Part shown: one piece after another, positions 25,813 to 38,300 of the stretch
Position numbering within the stretch: position 1 is the stretch's first letter
Layout of the letters: every line of letters starts with the position of its first letter
DNA from: the human T2T-CHM13v2.0 reference genome, Homo sapiens
DNA length: 64,000 nucleotides
Strand: one strand, 5' to 3'
Assembly (NCBI RefSeq): GCF_009914755.1
Contig: NC_060925.1
The notes under the pieces: model-generated
The model's input: only the letters and a program-made list of their open reading frames with translations
Database searches by the model: none
Told to the model about the DNA's origin: nothing
Program-made: the position numbers and the translations under genes

Positions 25813-26154
25813 CTTCTTGCTCCTGCTGCTAGGTCTAGTACCACTATCATGTTTTGTCTGTCCTTTAATTTTTAATTCATTAATTTTCTTAGTGTTCCTA
25901 CAGCCTGTTGTATTCTACCCACCATCCAGCCATGTCTCCTGTGCCCTGTTTACCAAGGAACAACTCCTATGCGTAGTGCTTCTCTTCCATGTTCACCAAT
26001 GTCAGATTCCATTCTCTCTGTTGACTTCCAGATACCCAATGAATTCAAATTTATTACCCAAGATTTACTTTGACATTTTGTTTGGTTTTGTTTCATAGCT
26101 GTCTTGTATCAGAGTCCTCATTGCTGTACTCTTAGAAATATTTCCCTTTTTTAT
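25813..26154 (-). pseudogene. Candidate decayed exon, 342 nt, phase 0 to 0 (IKKGNISKSTAMRTLIQDSYETKPNK...KINELKIKGQTKHDSGTRPSSRSKK)
   Basis: ctgttag acceptor and AAG|gtaagg donor; length divisible by 3; 4 stops in 114 codons. Confidence 0.4.
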
Positions 26155-26385
26155 CTAACAGTATGCCCCAAGAATTTACCTTAATCATGGTCGCAGTCAT
26201 ACACAAAAGAGAGGTAAATAAGGATCTTTAGAAACAAAAACAGGCTGACTAAATTTAATCTCAAAACAAGTCCACACTGAGAAGCAGAACACTTAAAATA
26301 GTAAACAATATTACTTGTCTACCAAAGTAGTCTTCAATTTTTAAAAATATGTTCTATCAGATAAACAGAGTACTATATATTACAC

Positions 26386-26440
26386 CAGGAGCTGTAGGTT
26401 ACTTAAAGAGACTGCAGCCCCAAGAGAGTGAATGTGTCTC
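26386..26440 (-). pseudogene. Candidate decayed exon, phase 2 to 0 (RHIHSLGAAVSLSNLQLL)
   Basis: tttcccaatgtcag acceptor; stop-free; weak donor CTG|gtgtaa; bridges the phases of both neighbours. Confidence 0.35.
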
Positions 26441-26770
26441 CTGACATTGGGAAATGTAACTAGCATCATTAGTTATCATTTCTAAGATCTTATGACTTTC
26501 ACTAATTCTAATTCTTAGCAGCATATTTGGGTGTGTGTGTTTTTTCAGGATAGAATTAGGAATCATTACATCAGTTGAACTGTGTTAATTCCATATAAAT
26601 TGTGCAAGAATTAAAATAAAAACAAAATAAGGTACCACATGTAATAAATTCTACTGGCATCTCATGGTGAAATCACTTTTTTACAACTCAGCATTCTGAA
26701 AATTAAGTACTGTTATAAACCTTTTGCTCCTGCCTATTAAAGTTGCCATTGATGCTGAAATCATGCTTAC

Positions 26771-26917
26771 TTATTAACACTGGATAGGGTAATTGCAGTG
26801 AACAATCTTGTCGTGGGCCAACTAAGTTGGAAACCCTGAGGACAGTTGAGGTTAAGACTCTCAAAAATGACATTAGGAATAGACATAAATGACAAAGATT
26901 AAGAAGGAAGAAATGCA
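26771..26917 (-). pseudogene. Candidate decayed exon, 147 nt, phase 2 to 2 (AFLPS*SLSFMSIPNVIFESLNLNCPQGFQLSWPTTRLFTAITLSSVN)
   Basis: Strong acceptor tactttgctattttgtag and donor AA|gtaagc; one stop in this frame (another frame is fully open). Confidence 0.45.
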
Positions 26918-27514
26918 CTACAAAATAGCAAAGTACATGTCAAAATATAGAAATATTCAATGTAACAAGTCATTTTATACTTGAATTCCTCTTCCATTTA
27001 TGCTGAATAGTTTTAAAATGTATTCTTTGAACAATGGCAAGTTGGATATTGTATGACTAGCCATGTGGACATTACATTTTTCCTCAGATGAGAGAGAGAG
27101 AGAATACATGTTCTATTAAACTACTTGAGAAAATCCGAGAGTATTTCTATCATGCTCTTAGCAGTATATTAACATCTTACAAATTATGATTGATATAACC
27201 TATATTGTAGTTTGCGATTGAGCAATATAGTTGACATTTTCCTGGTGACATAGTGCTGCTGATTTAGAAGTAGAGGTTGGTTATATAAATTTTCAGAGAC
27301 ATTTTTTTCTTTAATCCTAAATGATATTTAAAATTAACTTATTTTTCTCAGAAAAAAAGCAGCAAATATAAAAAAAACTAGCAATAGTCATATGAAGACA
27401 GAACAAAACGTTACCATCAAATGTTACCATTTTCAACATACCAGTACAATTCATATCTCATTTCTAAGTATTTTCCACATCACACACAGATTTAGGTATC
27501 CTTATTTTATACAA

Positions 27515-27760
27515 CTAGTAATAACAGCTAGTATTATTGAATGATTTCTGTGTGGGTCAGACATGCTGCAATCACTTCATATGTTTTACAGCATTCATTT
27601 TTCACTACAACCCATTAAGTACATAATGTCATTTTTTTTCATTTTACAAAAAGGAACCTGGGGTACAGAGAAGTTGAATGACCCATTCAAGTAACGTTAC
27701 CTAGCTAACTAGTGGCTAACTGGGATTGCGATCTGCTCCAGGGCCTCTGTGATGCTGCCA
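27515..27760 (-). mobile_element. MIR SINE
   Basis: cattttacaaaaaggaacctggggtacagagaagttgaatgacc core. Confidence 0.7.
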
Positions 27761-28170
27761 TTTCAATTACATTATATTACCTGCTTTTTAAACAACTTTA
27801 AAATATGTTTCTAAATATATTTAATGTATTTAGCATAATTTAATATATTAATGCAAATATGCACAGTTTACCTAATCAGAACTTTATTACTGAAGATGTA
27901 GTCTATGTTCAATTTGCCACTATTGTAAATAAGATTTCAACAAAAATATTGGGCACAAATATTGTCAGCATTTTATATTATATTTTAGAATAAATTAATA
28001 AAAGTAAATTTAATGTATCAAAGGCTATAAACATATTTAACATTTTTTTAAACTCCTGAATTACTTTCCAAATGCTTTCTCTTTCCCTTCTGCTTTACCA
28101 ATGTTACAGCACAATTTGAAGAAAGCTGGAGATTTTTTTCTGTTTCTGCTTTGCAATAAGAAGGCTTGGG

Positions 28171-28534
<364 letters not shown>

Positions 28535-28673
28535 TTAAGGTAGGAGTACTTTCTATTTAGAAGAATGTCAACTAGATGGGGGAAAAACATCTATTTTTAA
28601 AAATAAAGTATGATTTGCAGAATATAGAGATTCATGTTAATTGGCACTGACTCCCCAATATTTCTTACTCTTT

Positions 28674-28676
<3 letters not shown>

Positions 28677-28715
<39 letters not shown>

Positions 28716-28762
28716 TATATATACACACATATATATATATATACACACATATATATATACAC

Positions 28763-28807
<45 letters not shown>
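28677..28807. repeat. Compound (TA)n/(CA)n microsatellite
   Basis: Direct inspection. Confidence 0.95.
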
Positions 28808-29699
28808 GTGGGATTGGCAAAGAAAACTAGTGATTGGTAATGAACAGTCATATTTTTTCATAAAGACTACTGTGTTTCTGACACACACTCCCTTGTGGAA
28901 ATGGTGACAAAATTGTGCAAAAAGCAGTAATGCTGAAAAGACAATGAGAAATGAATCACGGTGAGTAACTTGTGTATTTCTTCATAAGTTAAGATTTGCT
29001 TGCCTTCAGTAAGTTTGGATCTTCCACAGCTCCTGAAGAGCATGCACACAACTTCAGCAAACACACTGCACATGTGGCCTATCCCAAGTGCTGGCAGGCA
29101 GCAATTGAGCAACAGCTTGCCCCTAGGATGGGATCAAGGGAGGAAAAGGAAAAAGGAAGAGAAAAAGCCTGAACCAAGCCCATCCATAAACATCCCAAGC
29201 CAAGGGCTAGGCAGGGCACTTGATTTCTCAAGTTGCCTGCTTGGCCCTCTTCCAAGTGTACTTTGTTTCTTTAAATAAACCTTTGCCTCTCCTTTAAAAC
29301 TTGCCTACTAATTCCACCCAATGTCTGCAGATAGCCAATTTCTGCTCTACGAAAGAATAGATTCTATTGGACCAAATTCGAACTTCTCTTTATTGAACGA
29401 ATCGAACCAAGGGAGCTAATCAGGGCCAAACCCCATGCACTCGAATCTTGGCTGGCATAATTATATTTACCAGCTACTTGGACATGTTGGGCAGCCTCAG
29501 GATTTTCTAAACCTGACCTCACTCCCTTATTTCGTTTTGACATCTCTATTTATCTTAGACCGGGGAGCCTTCTATATGAGAGCCTCCCCACTAACTGAAC
29601 TAGAACTTGTACCATAGGCTATGTATCCCTGGACATCTTTATAGCCCCTGGCAATTTCTCCCTTCCAGTATCAATCTACAGGCATTCCATGTTGCCCAG

Positions 29700-30240
29700 G
29701 GTGAAGACGGCTATCCAATTAATTCCCCTTCTTGTGGGACTCTGTATCACAGCCAGTATGGGAGCAGAAATCACTAGTCACACAAGCCTCGTTAACCTAT
29801 AGCCAACTGTCAGCAGAAACAGCCAACAGCATTGATGCCATGGCTAAAACCTTGACAGCCACAGAAGAACAAATCAACTCTTTGGCAGCCATAGTCCTCT
29901 AAAATCGCCGAGGACTATATATGTTAATGACGGCACAGGAAGGGATTTGTTTGGCCCTAGATAAAAGTTACTTTTGGATAAATTAATCAATAAAAAAAGT
30001 ACAAGACAGCATCAGGCAACTCATAGTTCAAGTCCCCCATCTACTGGAACAAACCTCTCTGGGTTGGTAAGGTTGGGAAGGAAACTGGAAATGATTCTCC
30101 TGGACTCTTCCCTTTGTGGGTCCACTTGTTTGTCTCTTAATTTTGCTCCGTTTTGTCCATGTCTTCTGAATCTCATAACCCTATGTGTCTTCTCTTGCAT
30201 TCAGGTTGTCAAGCTCCAGATGATCCTCAGCGAAGGATAC
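29700..30240 (+). pseudogene. Retroviral env TM remnant
   Basis: Fusion peptide AIQLIPLLVGL; immunosuppressive domain QINSLAAIVL*NRRGLYMLMTAQEGICLALD; disrupted. Confidence 0.85.
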
Positions 30241-30971
30241 TGTCCTCTCCGTATTCCAGTGTCACCCTTCTACAGGGGACCTCTGGACTGCCCACCAGTG
30301 GAACATGACAGAGACAAAATCTTACCTTTGTCTTCCTTGGACGTGCCTGGGCACCACTTCTGCCAACCTGTGAAGCCATCCTGCCCTGACAGCTAGTAAG
30401 AGGCTGATACCCATGGGGCAACCACTGCTCCTCTGTCAGCAGCAGTTACAGAAAACTGACCTTCGCCCATTATCTCTAAGAATTGGATCTTGGACATTTG
30501 AGTGGGGAAATGTTAGAGTAGTTAGTTAGACAGATATTAGCAGGGCAAGAGAGGGCACCCAGAAATGGTAGGCACTCATTGGGTGATGGTCAGGTGACCA
30601 TAAAACTATCCCTCTGAAATGATAAGTGGCCACAATTGGTGCAAAGAGGGAAAGGAGTTTCCCAACAAATAGAAAACACCTGGAGCCAGCAAACCACAAT
30701 TCCCTGTTAAGTTTCTAAGCATGTGGACTAGGGGGCAAAATGGCAAAGTTTGACTGGTATGTGACCTTTCTCTGGGGGCACTAGACCAGGAAAGGAAAAT
30801 CACCCCAAGTGAACATGCACACAACTTCAGTAAACACACTGCACATGTGGCCCCTCCCAAGTGCTGGCAGGCCACCGTGCATGTGGCAATTGAGCAACAG
30901 CTCTCCCCTAGCAGGGGATCAAGGGAAGAGAAGAAAAACCCTGGGAAGCAAGCTAATGTATGAAAATCCCA

Positions 30972-31288
30972 GGCTTGGCATGGTGGCTGATACTTGTAAT
31001 CCTAACATTTTGGGAGGCCAAGGCAAGTGGATCATTTGAGCCCAACAGTTCAAGACCAGCCTAGGCAATGTGGCAAAACCCTGTCTAGAAAAAAAAAAAA
31101 AAAAAAAGTTAGCCAGGTGTCGTGGCATGTGCTGCAGTCCCAGCTACTCTGCAGACAGGTCAGCGGATCATTTGAGCCTGGGAGGTTGAGGCTGCAGTGA
31201 ATTGTGATCATGCACTCCACTTCATGATTCACACTCCACTGCACTGCTCTCCACCCTGAGTGACAGAATGAGACTGTCAAAAAAAAAA
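30972..31288 (+). mobile_element. AluJ/S-like inserted in the ERV 3' LTR
   Basis: Dimeric Alu; TSD aaaatccca; absent from the homologous 5' LTR position. Confidence 0.88.
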
Positions 31289-31773
31289 AAAATCCCAAGC
31301 CAGGAGTTGGAGGAGGCACTAGATGTCTCCAGTCACTCTCTTGACCCTGTTCCATGTGTACTTTGCTTCTTTTAATAAACTTTGGCTCTGCTTTAAAACT
31401 TACCTAGGTCTCTCAGTTGAAATCTTTCCTCTGAGAAGACAAGGGTCGGGATTGCTGCAGGCATACCATAGTGTTGCGAACTTGCCATCAGTCACAATAC
31501 CATAAAAGTCTAATAGTTAAACTTCCAAAGGCTTTAAAGAGAAAGAAAACCAATTATCTTTTTCAGTATATTTCTTCCTTTGTTTAAATAATTTATATGT
31601 CTTTTTGACTTTATGTGTAACGTTTTATAACTTAAGGCATCTGATTTTGGCAAATTGTATATTTATTATTTTTTAAATAATCATTTTCAATTCTAAGCAA
31701 GCTGTGGTTTGTTCAACATCCATTTTATGCATGGGAGACTTGTGGTCTTACTAATAGTTTTGTTTATTTACAC

Positions 31774-31859
31774 CTCTGTAGGTCAACTATCAAAGGTTGC
31801 ATGTGCTTCTTAATTTCCTATTGCTCTTCTGCAGAATGATACTTACTTGTCACTTTTTA
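31774..31859 (-). pseudogene. Candidate decayed exon, phase 0 to 2 (*KVTSKYHSAEEQ*EIKKHMQPLIVDLQ)
   Basis: Strong acceptor gttttcatgtttttctatttttag; weak donor AG|gtgtaa; 2 stops. Confidence 0.35.
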
Positions 31860-33634
31860 CTAAAAATAGAAAAACATGAAAACATTAACTTTATGTTTTT
31901 AATTTTCTGACAATCTCTCTCAGTTGTCTCCTTTCTGTTATGCCAGTCTTTTGTTATAATCACCTTTTCAAACAATTAATCTTTATCTTTGACATTTTTA
32001 AGTCATTTAAAATATGGTCTAAATTGAACTATGTATATCAAAGCAATAATGGAAATTAGGGTTTTTTTTACTGTTTACATTAGTTATTTGAGATTCTATA
32101 TAGAGTTAAACAAATAAAAATGTGACTATTTTTATAACATATAAACACAAATTTTAATTTTTATTAAAGCCCAATAAAGTTACCTTTTTCTTCTTGAACA
32201 GTAATATACAGAAGTAACACTTGTATGTTCAAGATGCTAAGTACTAAGTACTATAAAGTACACAGGAAGTTCCTCTTCTTAGAGTTGGCTTTTATTTTTA
32301 TTTTTTAATATAGACATTATATTAAGAAATTTATTAGTTAGAATGATTTGTTAAACAAATTGGTAAGTGTTCAATTAAATTTTTTTGTATTGAATGTAAT
32401 CAGTGCACAAAACCACATTTGTAACACTCTACTTCTAGCATAGACTTAAAGAGATACTTCGTGGGGTGTGTTTTAAGTAATAGCTGCTAGTTTATATACT
32501 TGCCTGACAAATAACAAAATACTATGAAAAAATGAAAAAGAAAATCTTTTGAAACTCTTATGGAATTCGGTTTGTGGCTGGTTAACTCAACTGATCGTCA
32601 TAACTTAGATCCCTTGGCAAACATCTTGATATCAAATTTTTATGGAGCTACTGATTTTATTCTTTCTCTGTCCATGCACAGTCATTTTACTAATGAGGGG
32701 ATATTGAAAAAGCAGTGCAAGTAAGTCAACTATAAAATCTAGAAAAATATGTGGGCTTCCTGTGCTACTGATTGAATGGTTTTGTGTAAAAAGTACACAG
32801 ATTACTTGAAATTCAGGTAAAGCCATACATGAGGTCAATAAATGGAAAAAGGATTAAAACAGATTTTTTGGTTGGTATCTATGTGTTTTCATATGTTTTA
32901 TAAATATATTAAAATAGTTATATACTATATTTTATGGATTTATATTATATATTATTATATTTACCTTTATAATACATCAAAATTTTTAGACATAAAATCT
33001 TTTTTAATTTTACGGCAGCCCTTATAAATGTGTGACCATTTGTCTTTATGCTCTAGTCTAGTTTGAGATTGAACTATATTTAAATGTGGTAATCTATGTC
33101 ACTGTGTATAATCAATATAGCAGTTTGTGGTACTGTGATGCCATTTCTAAAATGTTCTTTATTCACTCTGCTTTATTTCTATGTCTGTGATGTTCAAGAT
33201 TTTGAAAGAGAAATAGAATTGTGGTTGGGATTTGGCAAGTTATAAGATTGTAATCTAGAGACTTTAAACAGAAAGAAATATGCTTATAAATTATAAGCTA
33301 GAATAGGAAATGCATGGTCCATTACTTCTCTGGATTTGCTTAATTTACCATTAACTTGGCAGATTCATAAGTGTTGTATCTAAGGGTTTTAAGGCCTCAA
33401 ACCTCAAAAGCCATATGCCCAAACTTTTAATTTTTTATGACAGTCAGCAGCAAAATAAAACTTATTCCAAGTATTCTTTCTTATTTTCAGTAGATCAGGG
33501 TTTTTTTTGTTTTCTTACTTCTTTCTTTTAATTTCTGTTTTTTTTTCCTCTTAAAACACTAATGAGAGTAATGAGGGCATTTCATGAATTGGTAAGCTTT
33601 AATATTTAACTGATAGTCGTTCTTTTTTACTCAC

Positions 33635-33745
33635 TTCCAAACATGTTCTCTCTAGCTTCTCCTTCATGTTTTTACTTCCAGTTTTCCTTTCAGGGGGTCT
33701 TGTGTCTGTATTTCTCATAGGAAATTCAAGTCAAAGCATTTAGGC
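33635..33745 (-). pseudogene. Candidate decayed exon ending in phase 0 (EFPMRNTDTRPPERKTGSKNMKEKLERTCLE)
   Basis: Consensus donor GAA|gtgagt; 32 open codons; acceptor unclear. Confidence 0.35.
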
Positions 33746-33939
33746 TCATAAAGGTAAAATAATGCCAAATCAACAATTAAGATATTCAACTGGTCATGTT
33801 TTCACCACCAACTATTTTTAAGTAAAACAGCAATATTTTGCAGTATTACTTTGTGCAAAGCACTGTGATAGGAATTTCTAGTTTAGGCTATGATGGGATT
33901 TGAAAAAACTGTTTACTCTTTTACTTATACAAAAAAATA

Positions 33940-35190
33940 GTTCTCAGATATTGGACAGAAGACACCTCAGGACTATGCTCACTAAGAGAAGGGACACAAC
34001 CAAGGTAAGCCTATGATTACTTCAGCTTCCTGCCTAGAAGTAGCTTTCAGTTAACAGTGCAGGAAGTGGGGACATAAATAAGTCTTGACAGTCCCTTGAA
34101 TGACGGAGACAGAATCAGAGTTTGGGGAAATAAATTTGTGGGGCTGAATTAAGGGAGGAAGAAGTTACAGAGAGAGCACTTCAAAGATCTGCAGAATGGG
34201 CCACTGGAATCTCAAGCTGAGTACTACCTGTGTGAGTGGATACTAATCAAGAATGGATGAAGAAACACTAGAAAACAACAGGCTGAAAAGTCCCCAAGGA
34301 TTTCATAAGACTAGAGGAGTTTGCCTTCCCACTAGCCACTGTGTAAACACCTCATAATACCAGGACCTCATGCAGAACCTTCAGAAGGCTATTGCCTGGA
34401 TATTGGGACACAATAAGCCATAGAATAAAAGTCTTTCTAAATGTACCCTAATAAAACTTAAAATCAAATCTGAAAAGGACCCAAATTGATTTCAAGTAAC
34501 AAACTATGGTCCAGAAGAAAACTCAGCAATATTTAAAAGAATATAACATTGAGTATCCAATGATATTAAATTTGTAACATCTGGAAACCAAATAAAAATT
34601 ACCAGGTATGGCGGGATGCAGTGGTTCATGCCTATATTCCCAGCATTTTGAGAGGCCAAAGTGGGGAGATTGCTTGACCTCAAGAGTTTGAGACCAGCCT
34701 GGAAACATGGCAAAATCCTGTCTCTACCAAAAAAAAAAAAAAAAAAAAAAAAAAATTTAGCCTGATATGGTGGTGTGCTCCTGTGGTCCTACAAACATAA
34801 AAAAATTACCAGGCCTTGGAAGAAGCAGCAAAATGTGATCCACACTTAGGGTAAAATAAACAATCAATAGAAACAGACCCACAAGTAAAAGAGATGATGA
34901 AATTAGTGATATGGATGTTAAAACAGATATTGTAACTATATTCCATAAGTTCTAGAAGGTTAAGGAACACACGAATAAAATGAGAAGATAAACAAGAGGC
35001 AAATTGTATTTCTAGTGATGAACAAATAAAATAAAGTTGCAAATACACTGGATGAGATTACAGCAGTTAGACATGGCAGAAAACATCAGTAAATCTAAAA
35101 ATTTAGTAGAAGAAACTAAAGTCAAACATAGACATGAAGAAGACTGAAAAAAGTGAGTATCAGTCAATCTTAGGACAATATGAATCTTAA
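33940..35190 (+). mobile_element. Old L1M 5'/ORF1-start fragment
   Basis: taaaattaccagg...aatcaatagaaacagaccc...gatgagattacagcagttagac motifs. Confidence 0.6.
34608..34792 (+). mobile_element. Alu left monomer plus start of right monomer (3'-truncated)
   Basis: cccagcattttgagaggccaaagtgg...gtttgagaccagcctgg, long central A run, ends at cctgtggtcct. Confidence 0.8.
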
Positions 35191-35224
35191 AAGTAGTCAG
35201 AGAAAAGCATCAAGTTAACCATTG

Positions 35225-35335
35225 ATTGGGCTTCTTCTATGTGCTAGATTCTGTGCTAAGCACTTCACATATATTAACTCATTTATCAATAAAGAGGTGG
35301 GTACTAGAATTGTCCTAATTTTTATGTAAGGAAAG
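35225..35335 (-). mobile_element. MIR fragment
   Basis: ctatgtgctagattctgtgctaagcacttcacatatattaactcattta. Confidence 0.7.
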
Positions 35336-38300
35336 TATAAAATCATTACAATAACTTTAAACAAATGTTCAATTATAAAGCAGTACCTTTTATTTGTAAA
35401 ACACTTTAAAACTTTCAAAGGTGTTTGTTTTCATTTAAAAATTAAAAGCTTAGTAAGTCTTTGAAGTTCAAAATAGATCTAGATAGTAAGCTGGGTAAAT
35501 ATTAAATATAAGACACTAAATGTTTTATTTAAGGTCATATAAGTAGAACTAAAGATAGACATCAAAATTTCTCACTGTCTCTTATTTTATGTTTCATTGT
35601 AACGAATCCTGCCATTATCATAGCAGATCAAAAGGGGGAAATAATTCTGGCTAAGGTCAGGAAAGCCTGACTGATGATGTCAGATAACAACTGGGTTTTA
35701 AAACAGCAATCAGAATTCCACTAGCAGAACAGGTTGGAAGGCACTGCAAGCAGAGAACACATTGAGGAAAGACATAAGAAAGAAAACTCACCAGGTTCAT
35801 TTAAGAGGCATCAGAACACCTAAGTTGGCTAAAGCACAGATTTCATAGAGGGACATTTAGAGAAAAGCCAGAAATGTAAGTTGAAAACAAATCACCGGAA
35901 ATCTTAAATGTCACAAAATATGATATAGATGCATTATGCATTTAAATCTCAACTATCTGAAATCTGTCTAAAGAGCTTTTAGACACCAAGGAAACCCCTA
36001 GCCTTAAAAGTCATTCCAACAATAACCTCAAACATTTGGAGATAGTTGGGCTTTGTTAGGAAGATTGTACCTATGTCTGATAGATCCGATGACCACATAA
36101 AAAGAAATATCCACTCTATTTTATAAATTTTTTAAAAAATCTGACTATTCTATCTGTAAACCTGAAAGAATGAGAAGTGACACTGGCAGGAGAGACAAGC
36201 ATGTACAATTGAAGAGCAGAAGGGATATGGGACCAGTAAAGGCATAAATAGAAGCCACATTAACATCACCATTTATTAGAAACTGATGTTTCTCTTTTTG
36301 TTTTTCAAAATGGAGGACGAGAGGCATTGCTAGCATATCTCTCCCACTTTGAAGAACAAAATAGTGTGTAGAGATTCACACTGTGAACTTTTTTCTAAGA
36401 AGCTATGCAAGAGCTAAACAGGAAAACTGAAGGAATCTACAGACCCTTTTGAAGGAAGCAGGAGGTTGCAGCCTACACTGTGAGTCAGGATTGTGAGAAG
36501 GAAAGAGATAGCCTCTGACATATACACCCCCAAACAGGGACCCTGGAAGTCCAGGCCATGGTGGAAGGCCTTAACCCTACCCAGTCCCGGAACTGACTTG
36601 GGGAGGGTTGTGGAATATAAAAGTAGAAGCAGTGATGGGAAGACCATTACATGCACTCCCAGATTCCAGTGTGGACTAAGGGAAGTCAATTGTTACTCTT
36701 TGTCAGAGGAGACCCTGTGGAAGACAGCCAGAAAATTCAGTCAGTGTTCACAGGTTGAAAGAAGCTCCGACTGGGGTTTCATGATATATCAGTGGGTGGG
36801 GATGAACTTCCTTGGCCAGAGCTGGAGCTGGGGAGAGTGAAAAGTGGGCTACAGACAGGAGGGCAGGAGCCACAAGTGCAGAAGCCAAGAGCCCAGCTTT
36901 GCAGCCAATGGGGAAGGGAATGGCCTGAAAGACGCAGTTGTTACCGCCATGGGGAAAACTTATGACCCAGGGTAGTTGCAAGTTCTGAGTGCAAGCTGAC
37001 TGGAACTTAGCTTGCTGCTACCAGTGGAACACTGCAGGAGTGGATCTGCCTTGCCAAGTGAGTGGGATCTGTGTGTGGCTTACTGCTGCCTGAAACTCCC
37101 TACTCCCTGCACAAATTCTGTGCATCAGAGGCAGCAATGCTCCTCTTTGGAACATCAACCCAGTGGCCTGAGATCTGCTCCTATCCCTCAAGACCCACAG
37201 GGGGGCTGCTGCTTGCACTGTATGTAGAGACTCAGACTGCAAACCCACCTGACCCAGCCCCAACCTGGCTTTGCCATACCACCCACCCTAGCAGCTTAAT
37301 ATAAACAACATCATCTCTTGGGAGCTATATGGTTCTACCCATTGCCTGAGAAACTAGAGTATCCCCACTGGGCAACATAAGGCAAGCAAAAATCCCACTG
37401 CTACTACCACAGCTGATGCTCTTTTATACGCACCACCTCCTGGCTGGAGGCCAACCAAGAGTTCATTACAGCATTTATTGGTAGAATCACATTATGCCCA
37501 GGAAGAAGATGGCTGTGTGATTTCAGCCATCGCCACTGCCTGCACCACTCTGTCTAACTAGGAGGTCCTGAGTGCGTCCACATGACCAGTTCATTACTAC
37601 TATAACCAGTGTTCACACTAAGGCTATCAATAACTAAGGAATCTCACAGAGTCTATGTCACTCCCCTGCCACCCCCATTAGAGATGGTGCTGCTGCCCAC
37701 TGCTGGGAGACTTGGGGACAGGTCACATCACTGGACACCTTGCAGACATTCCCCAACATCAGCCTGGAGTGTGGCAACTTCACTGGGTGGCTAGACCCAG
37801 AAAAGCACCAACACTCACAGTTGTCTAGCTCCCAGGTATCCCCACTCCTAGGGGACTGGGAAGGGCATCACATCAAGGGAACACCATGTGGGACAAACGA
37901 ATCTGGATGGCAGGTCTTAAGCACCAGATCTTTCCACTGGTGGGAAGTTTCTTTTAGCAGAGGCACATTTGCAGTGCAAGACTCAGAAGGAAAGTCTTCA
38001 GCTCTAACCCAACAGTCAGATAGTCCCAATGTGCATGAAGTGTCTTGGAGAAGGGAATGTCTTTTCCCTCTTGTCCACAACTGCAGGCACAGTTAGGGCT
38101 TCTACCATGGGAACTTGGTGTGGGTACAACTATAATCTTTCTGGAACATGTCAACGTGACTACATCCCCGCAGGAGGAGCACCCTCCATTTTCAGGCTTC
38201 CATGAGAGACAGAGTCACAATTCTTCTCTACTTGGAACATCAATACTTCTACAGATGAAAAGAGGTGCCTGTCTGATCTGAATAGCTAAAATACTGGGAC

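Larger units (their letters stand above)
29010..31496 (+). mobile_element. Deleted ERV1 (MER4-group, MER50-like LTR) provirus: partial 5' LTR, env remnant, PPT, full 3' LTR 30511-31496
   Basis: catgcacacaacttcag-aaacacactgcacatgtgg at both 29041 and 30814; PPT gagtggggaaa then TGTTAGAGTAG. Confidence 0.8.

Noticed and set aside
28597-28888. Hydrophobic YI/CV-repeat ORFs
   Set aside because: Translations of the (TA)n/(CA)n microsatellite.
29974-30396. 140-aa ORF as an intact Env-derived protein
   Set aside because: Only partly in the env frame and lacking signal peptide, SU and ISD; a frameshifted remnant.
31847-31859. 13-nt minus-strand micro-exon (tag|TAAAAAGTGACAA|gtaagt)
   Set aside because: The splice signals are strong, but the exon is frame-shifting and does not fit the phase chain. 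It remains a possible current non-coding splice and cannot be supported without RNA data.
32560-32724. Plus-strand 54-aa ORF ending at an AA|gtaagt donor-like site
   Set aside because: Isolated, with no clear acceptor, partner exons or recognisable homology; compatible with chance.
36414-38281. Dense ORF cluster in GC-richer DNA (also 41603-42309)
   Set aside because: L1 5'UTR sequence; higher GC lowers stop frequency in all frames.
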